Below are positions 18,912-24,460 of a stretch of DNA of 24,460 bases, piece by piece (within the stretch, counting starts at the first letter, position 1; each line of letters begins with the position of its first letter). This DNA is from Lama guanicoe (taxonomy: Eukaryota): the NCBI GenBank assembly GCA_013239625.1, contig MU053352.1:541485-565944 (forward strand). Reading direction: 5' to 3'. The notes below the pieces were generated by a model. That model was not told the origin of the DNA, did not search any database, and was given only the letters and a program-made list of their open reading frames with translations. The translations under genes and the position numbers were made by a program.

Positions 18912-20126
18912 GTAGGGGCCGGGCTAGGGCAGAGATGGGCTGAAAGAGATGCTGCTGTTCTCACAGCCGTGGCCATGAGCCAGCTGATGTGTGTGCAGGG
19001 CCGGCTGGCTGACCACCGCTTTGCACACCTCCCCCTCTGTCCCTCCAGCCTCCGTCTGCTCTCCTCCTTTGTTCTTCCCCCTGCCGCCCCCCTCACTGCT
19101 GATGTCCCCTCCTTCCTGGTTGCTGGGTGTTGGTCCCCACCCCGTCTCTGTCTGCTCTGTTGCTTGGCTTTCCTCTCCTGGCGTTTGCCAGCTCCTTGGA
19201 TGGTGGGCCACGTTGCACAAGTGTCCTGGGGGCACTGGCACCCCACCGGGCCCGGCTTTGGGTTCCCAGCAGTTTGCAGGGGTCATCGTGGAGGTGGGAA
19301 GGGTTTCTGAAGGGCTCCTGGTGGTCCAGCCAGCAACTCTTCCCCTTGTCTGCCTGGCAGCCTGACCCAGCTTGGGGCACCAGGCAGCGGGGGCGGGGGC
19401 GGGTGGTCTCATCTCTGAGCACTGGCACCTGCTGAGCCCATCCCAGCCACATGTGCACATGGCCAAGGGCTTCTGAAAAGTGCAGAGCGAGGTGGTTTCC
19501 TGTCCTTGAGAGCTTTGTGTAGCAGTAGGTAGGGGAGGCCCGGCGAGATTCTCACCCTTGGTTTGTCTGCCTAAATAGTATCTGGGGGCCCTTTGGTGCC
19601 CAGAAAGTTGAGCTTCCTCTCCTGGCCACTGAGCGTTCCTGTGTGGGTGGAAAACATGCCTCTGTCTTGTCCTTGGTGGTCCCCACTTCCCCGGGCCAAG
19701 TTCCCGCCATCTGAGGGGGAGACAGAGTTGTGGGGTGCTTACTGCAGCCTATGGTAGGGGGACCTACTTCTCTTATCCTGTTGGTGGCAAGGAGGGAGGG
19801 TTGGGGAGACCTATAGGGAGGGATGGACGTGCCATAGGTGGGGCAGAGAGCCCCCAGAGGCCAGGTGCGGCCGGTCTTCCCAGACAGCCAGGCTGGGTGG
19901 CTTCCCCCAGGATGGCGACCCAGGGGGACGCCTGCTGGGCCTCCCTGTGCCTCGCTGCCTTCTCTCTGTCTGTCTCTGACTCTCTCATCATGGAGCACAT
20001 CCCGACTCTCCCAGGGTCTGAGCAGCCCAGGGTCTGAGCAGCCCGGCAGAGTAGGAGGAGCCCAGAGGGCAGTGGGGGCATGCCCGGCGGCCGGGGGGTA
20101 ACCTGCACTCTCTGCCCTTTTTCCAG

Positions 20127-20405
20127 GTGTGGGTTGGGAGCAGCAGCGGCCTGCCGCCCCTGGAATCTCTTCCTAGCGACCTGCCAGCATGGGACTTTGC
20201 CCAGCCTGCTTTGTGGAGGTCGTCCCATTCGGTTCCTGACACCGCCTTTTCCCTTTCTCTAAAAAAATCCTTCCCAGCCCTTGAAAACCTGGGCCCCGCA
20301 CCCTCCAGCAACGCTCTCTTCTGCCCAGCCCCGCCGGGATACCTGAGGCAGGGCTGGACCGGCCCAGAGGGCAGCCGGGCCTTTACGCAGTGGCCTGTAG
20401 GCTAG
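20127..20405 (+). CDS. PATZ1: PATZ1 alternative terminal coding exon (short, 4-zinc-finger isoform; 537 aa total)
   Basis: The acceptor CTCTCTGCCCTTTTTCCAG|GTG is phase 0, compatible with exon 2. It encodes 92 residues VWVGSSSGLPPLESLPSDLP..AFTQWPVG then TAG, so 445+92=537 aa. This matches the recalled C-terminus of the human short PATZ1 isoform. Confidence 0.9.
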   Translation: MWVGSSSGLPPLESLPSDLPAWDFAQPALWRSSHSVPDTAFSLSLKKSFPALENLGPAPSSNALFCPAPPGYLRQGWTGPEGSRAFTQWPVG

Positions 20406-21051
20406 CCAGGGCCTCCCTGAGTGGGTTTTCCATGGAGGGGAACGGTGGCAATGGCGGCGGGCTGAGACCCCTGCTCTGGGGAGAGGCCAGCAGGGTGGCC
20501 TACCCACCATGCCCAGCTCCTCCCTGGGTGACATGGACTCTTTCCCAGCTCAGGGTCCCCCCACAGCCTCCATGTTTCTTTCTGGGCTCTCTTGCCTCAC
20601 TTTCCCCCTTTAGTCGATGGTACCTTCGGTGTCTCCTTGCCTGGAGGTGGGTGCTTTCCTGGGAACTAACCTCCAGCTTAATGCTTCCCCTCCCCTGGCA
20701 CGGCCGCCCTAAGGTGTAAGGTTTCTAGAAAGGGGCCTGGCCACCTTCCCCCAACTCTGGGGGTGACTCCTGCTCCAGGGCCTCCTCTGACACTCCAGCT
20801 GGGCCAACCCCTGCCACCTTCTTTCGTCCCACTCAGACGGCTCCTGCTTTCACTTCTGGCTAGTGAATTAGACTTTTGTGGTTTTGAGGTTTAGTAGCAG
20901 GTCTGCTCAGGAACTAGACTAACCAGTAGCTTTATATCGGGTCACCCCCGTGTATGGTTTTGGGGGCTGATAAAGCAGATATAGACCCCCTGCCCCGATC
21001 CCGGGGTTGTACCCTTTAGCCCCTGCAGGCTCCGCGGGGATAACAGGTGAT

Positions 21052-21108
21052 GATAAAATTTTTCATTCTAACATTTGAGGCTTTGTGTGTTTTGTCCTTG
21101 GTCTGTGT
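21052..21108 (+). terminator. PATZ1: candidate poly(A) site of the short PATZ1 isoform (variant hexamer GATAAA plus GU-rich downstream element)
   Basis: GATAAA at 21052-21057 is followed ~25 nt later by CTTTGTGTGTTTTGTCCTTGGTCTGTGT (21081-21108), an AT/GT-rich island in GC-rich surroundings. Confidence 0.5.
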
Positions 21109-23544
21109 CATAACACTGACATCACTGTCCCCCGGTGTATGCACCCGCTCCTGCCCTGCCCCTCCGACACACTCTCACAGACCTGCAGGCCCTGCCTCCA
21201 GCCCCATAGCTGAACTCCCCTACCAACGAGCCAACAGGTGAAGATATGCTGGCTCTCAGGCACCAGGCTGGCCAGCCAGGGGTGCCGGGCTTGGCTGAAC
21301 AGCAGGGGCATCTGTTTTGCATGATGTGTACTCTGGAAGCATCAGAGGGGACGGGACGGCTCTCTGGGAGTTGGTTCCTTGGGCCTCCAGCAGAGCTGGG
21401 TCTCAGTCCCTCCTGACGCCACAGAGGACAGAAGGGGCTGGTTACAGAGACTGTGGCCACAGCTGGAGGGAAAAGGTCACCCGAATGTTGGGGCATGGAG
21501 GCCCAGGCTGGGCAGTGACACACAAGTCTCCTTGGGGCTTGGTCTGAGTATCCTTAAAGGACCCATTTGCCCTAGTGCTGGTGGATCTGTGGTGCTGTGG
21601 GCTGAGACATCTCCCCCACATGGAGTTCAGCCTTAAGGCAAGAGGCTGGAATGGCTCAGAGCTCTCCCATTGCTGCCAGTGGCCCCACTTCCCGGGGGCT
21701 AGCTTGGGTGGTTTGGGCTGAAGGGATAGCTCACTAGAGAAGGAAGGAATTGAAGTGGGAATAAGGAAGCTGACACACCCTCAGGAAGAAGGTGGCTAGC
21801 AAGGCCCATGGCGCTGGATCCCCATCATTGCCCTTAGACTTTTCCAGGGCTGTGGAAAAGGCTGCCAGACTCAAAGGCCACCTAGGGTGGGGCGTGCACT
21901 GGTGTCCCTGGTATCATTTAGGCCCCATTCCTGCGCTGCTCCACCCTTGGGAAGAAAAGCATGAGGAAGCCCGGACAGGGAGAAACTGGCTGGGAGGGAA
22001 GGGAACATGACTGGTTGAGTGGTGACGAACAGAGGTGACCTGAGTCCAGGTGGTGGGGCCGGGGCCGGCAGGTATGCCTCCAGCAAGAGCGGGCGGCCTC
22101 AGCCCAGGGCTAGGGGTGAGGCAGTCTTCCCAGCAGCCCAGCCATCAGCAGGCTACCGCAGGCTGCCCTCTTCCCCTTGGGGCCCCTCTGTCTTCTCTGG
22201 CCTCCAGGACGGGAAGTGCCTTTCTCTTGCATGGCCCTGGCATGGAGGCTCTGGGTGTCCCATCCGTGGAGGTCTGTCTCTCCCTCAGCCTTCCTCTCCT
22301 TCCTCTCCTGGGTCAGGTGACCAGGCTCCTAATGTTCTCTGTTGTCTGAACTTCTGGCGGGGCTAGACTCGGACGCGGACACTGTCACAGTTCCTCCAGG
22401 AAACCTTGGGGACTCCAGCCACAAAGGGTCAGCCCTGGCACGGAGAAGGCAACCACCTCTTCAGCTTGGCTTTGTAACACAGTCAAACTTTTTGTTGAGT
22501 TTGTGGTTTTTTTTTTCCCCAGTAGCAGATTTACATTCCTAATTATGTTTGCTCAGGCTAAAGTTAGCTTTCATTCCTGGAGAGAGAATCAGTGGAGGAT
22601 GGGGTTGGGCAGCTCAGCCTGGTCTGGGATTTTAATTTTGCTTACCTAATTCCCTAAATGGATAATCCACTTGTGGATAACTGAGGTCTGGCTGTCCGTT
22701 ATCTTGAGGTAGCAGAGTATGAAAGGCAGAACTGTAAAGGACACACCCCAAAAGAAGGTTGGCAAGAGAAACAAGGCATCTCTTTCACATTCCCTCTAGT
22801 GGCACCCTCTCCAGGGACCGCGGAAGATGGAATCCTGAATGCGTGCTTCCAGCTGCATTTTCTTAGCCCTAGTCCACGGTTGGTTCCTTTGAGTTCTGCG
22901 GCATGGCCCACACTGCTTCTCGTCATTGGAGGGGTGGTCCTCGGGTCACTGTCTGGCAAAGCCAGCTCTTGCCCCCAGATAAATCAACAGGTGAACCTCT
23001 CTCCCCGAGGTGCTCACAGCATCCCTTTCTCTGGTTTATAGTCTGGTAGGCTGGGTGGAAGAATCAGTTTCCCCTACACTGCGGCCTGTGAGTGGGTCAC
23101 AAAGTCCCTAACTGTGGTGGGGCCCAGCTGTGGCAATGAGACCAAGCACCCATGATGCTGTCTGAGTCCCTTAAGTGCCTCAAGTTTCCCTGCACAAGTC
23201 CTGTCACCTCCCTCTATGAGGACAGCCCTGGCTACTGAGTGCACTGTTACAGACTATCAGCAGCTTTCAGAAGCTGCCTCTACTGAGGCTGCGGGTGGTA
23301 AGAATGCAGGCTTGGGGGCCGGTTCTCAGCCCAGCTGCCCCGTATCCTCTCAGGCCCCCGTCTGCCCAGCCTTAGACCAGGGAGCCAGGTGGATTGGCAG
23401 GGCGCCAGCCTGGCAGTGGCCAGGTGTGCAGATGGCTGCTTTCTCTAGTAACTCAGTTGTGTGCTTTGTGCGTGTCACTCTCCAAACTTAGCTTCCTTGT
23501 TTGTCAATCAATAAATTCAGGATATAAAACAGATAAAAGCAGTA

Positions 23545-23776
23545 TAGTTGACCCTGGAACAACGCGGGGTTAGGGGTGCTGACCCTCCGGGCAGTCAAAA
23601 GTCTGCATATAACTTACAGTCGGCCCCGTGTGTGCACCATCCCTCCACAGCCATGGTTCCGCAGCGAGGGTTCAGCCGGCTTCGGATCGTGTACGCTGTA
23701 GTGTCTCCTATTGAAAAACATCCCGTGGATAAGTGGACCCGAGCAGCTCAAATCTGTGCTGTCTAAGGGTCAGCTG
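23545..23776. mobile_element. Tigger2-family MITE (TcMar-Tigger DNA transposon derivative), intronic
   Basis: Imperfect TIRs TAGTTGACCCTGGAACAACGCGG and TCTGTGCTGTCTAAGGGTCAGCTG are flanked by TA on both sides (23543-23544, 23777-23778). The subterminal GGTTAGGGGTGCTGACCC and ATAAGTGGACCCG motifs match recalled Tigger2 ends. Confidence 0.82.
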
Positions 23777-24460
23777 TATCTCATTAGTATAAATTGTTCT
23801 GTTCAGATGTGTAATGTTAACTTAAAAGATAATGACCGAGAGCAGTGAGGCCAGTCCTGATGCAGACACCTGGGATGCGGCAGAAGTTGAGGCGTCTTCT
23901 GCCCCCACAGCATCGCATACTTTTGTTTCTTGTTTTGATTGTACAGTGAGGCAACAGACAAACATTTGTACATGGTGACAGTGTTCAGATGCTCACCTTG
24001 AGGCCTCAGGATCTCTGGCTTTGTTCCGTTAGACAGCCCATGGGAGTACCTCCGTTCTGGCCAGTTAACAGGGTGGTGGGTCTTCAGCGGGTGAACGTTC
24101 GATCTGTAATGCACCTGAAGGTGAACGCTGCTTTCTCTTGTGGCTCTGAAACAGTAAGCACACACAGAGGAAAAAAAATGGGTCAGCCTTGACTTGAACC
24201 CCTGAAACTCCTCCATGGAGCCAGAATAGCTTGAAAGTCACAAGCTTCACCTCTCGTAAGGACTTTCCCAAAGTCCTGTGACCTCCAAGGCTGGGGTGGC
24301 TGGCTGTGCGGGCTGGGTCCTAGAGAGGGATGTTGGGGGAAATGGGGGACTGAGACCAAGTTGGGACGGGGGACTGCCTTCTCAGGGCGCGGGTGCTGAA
24401 CTCCAGCTCCTGAGCTGTCCCTCCTGGCTCCTTGCCAGTTCTCCGGCGGGGGGGGGGGGG

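Noticed and set aside
20098..20126. TCTLC (CxxC-like) translation just before the alternative exon as a remnant zinc finger
   Set aside because: It is the branch point and polypyrimidine tract of the acceptor, in a different frame, with no His pair.
22665..22678. ATCCAC-TT-GTGGAT inverted repeat
   Set aside because: 6-bp arms are expected by chance in 24 kb.
20406..24460. Next coding exon of the long PATZ1 isoforms
   Set aside because: No ORF or acceptor-flanked segment encoding the continuation of finger 5 was found. It presumably lies beyond the window.
24448..24460. Terminal poly-G run
   Set aside because: It is cut by the window edge. I cannot tell a homopolymer, a SINE head or a sequencing artefact apart.

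Overview
This is mammalian genomic DNA, most likely camelid (alpaca/llama/camel). That is inferred from six copies of a tRNA-Ala-derived SINE matching my recollection of the Tylopoda Vic-1 family. Positions ~1-14,100 are transposon-rich intergenic DNA: young SINEs with target-site duplications, L1 3' fragments, L2, MIR, MLT1 LTRs, a near full-length MER45B and a compound CTTT/CCTT microsatellite. From ~14,100 a CpG island, interrupted by a 118-N assembly gap, leads into the 5' part of PATZ1 (ZNF278/MAZR; BTB/POZ, AT-hook, C2H2 zinc fingers) on the + strand. Visible are coding exon 1 (16235-17505), exon 2 (18848-18911) and the alternative terminal exon of the short isoform (20127-20405). Spliced together these give 537 codons. 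I did not find the downstream exons of the long isoforms in the window. I found no evidence for a previously undescribed biological system. The best leads are regulatory: a single 9-codon uORF and a G-quadruplex motif in the PATZ1 5' UTR, a variant poly(A) site for the short isoform, a possible intron-1 poly(A) truncation, antisense poly(A) signals upstream of the promoter, an overlapping double palindrome of GGTTCA half-sites, and several nested or odd retro-insertions. Repeat family names and human comparisons come from memory of consensus sequences, not from a search, and old-repeat boundaries are approximate.
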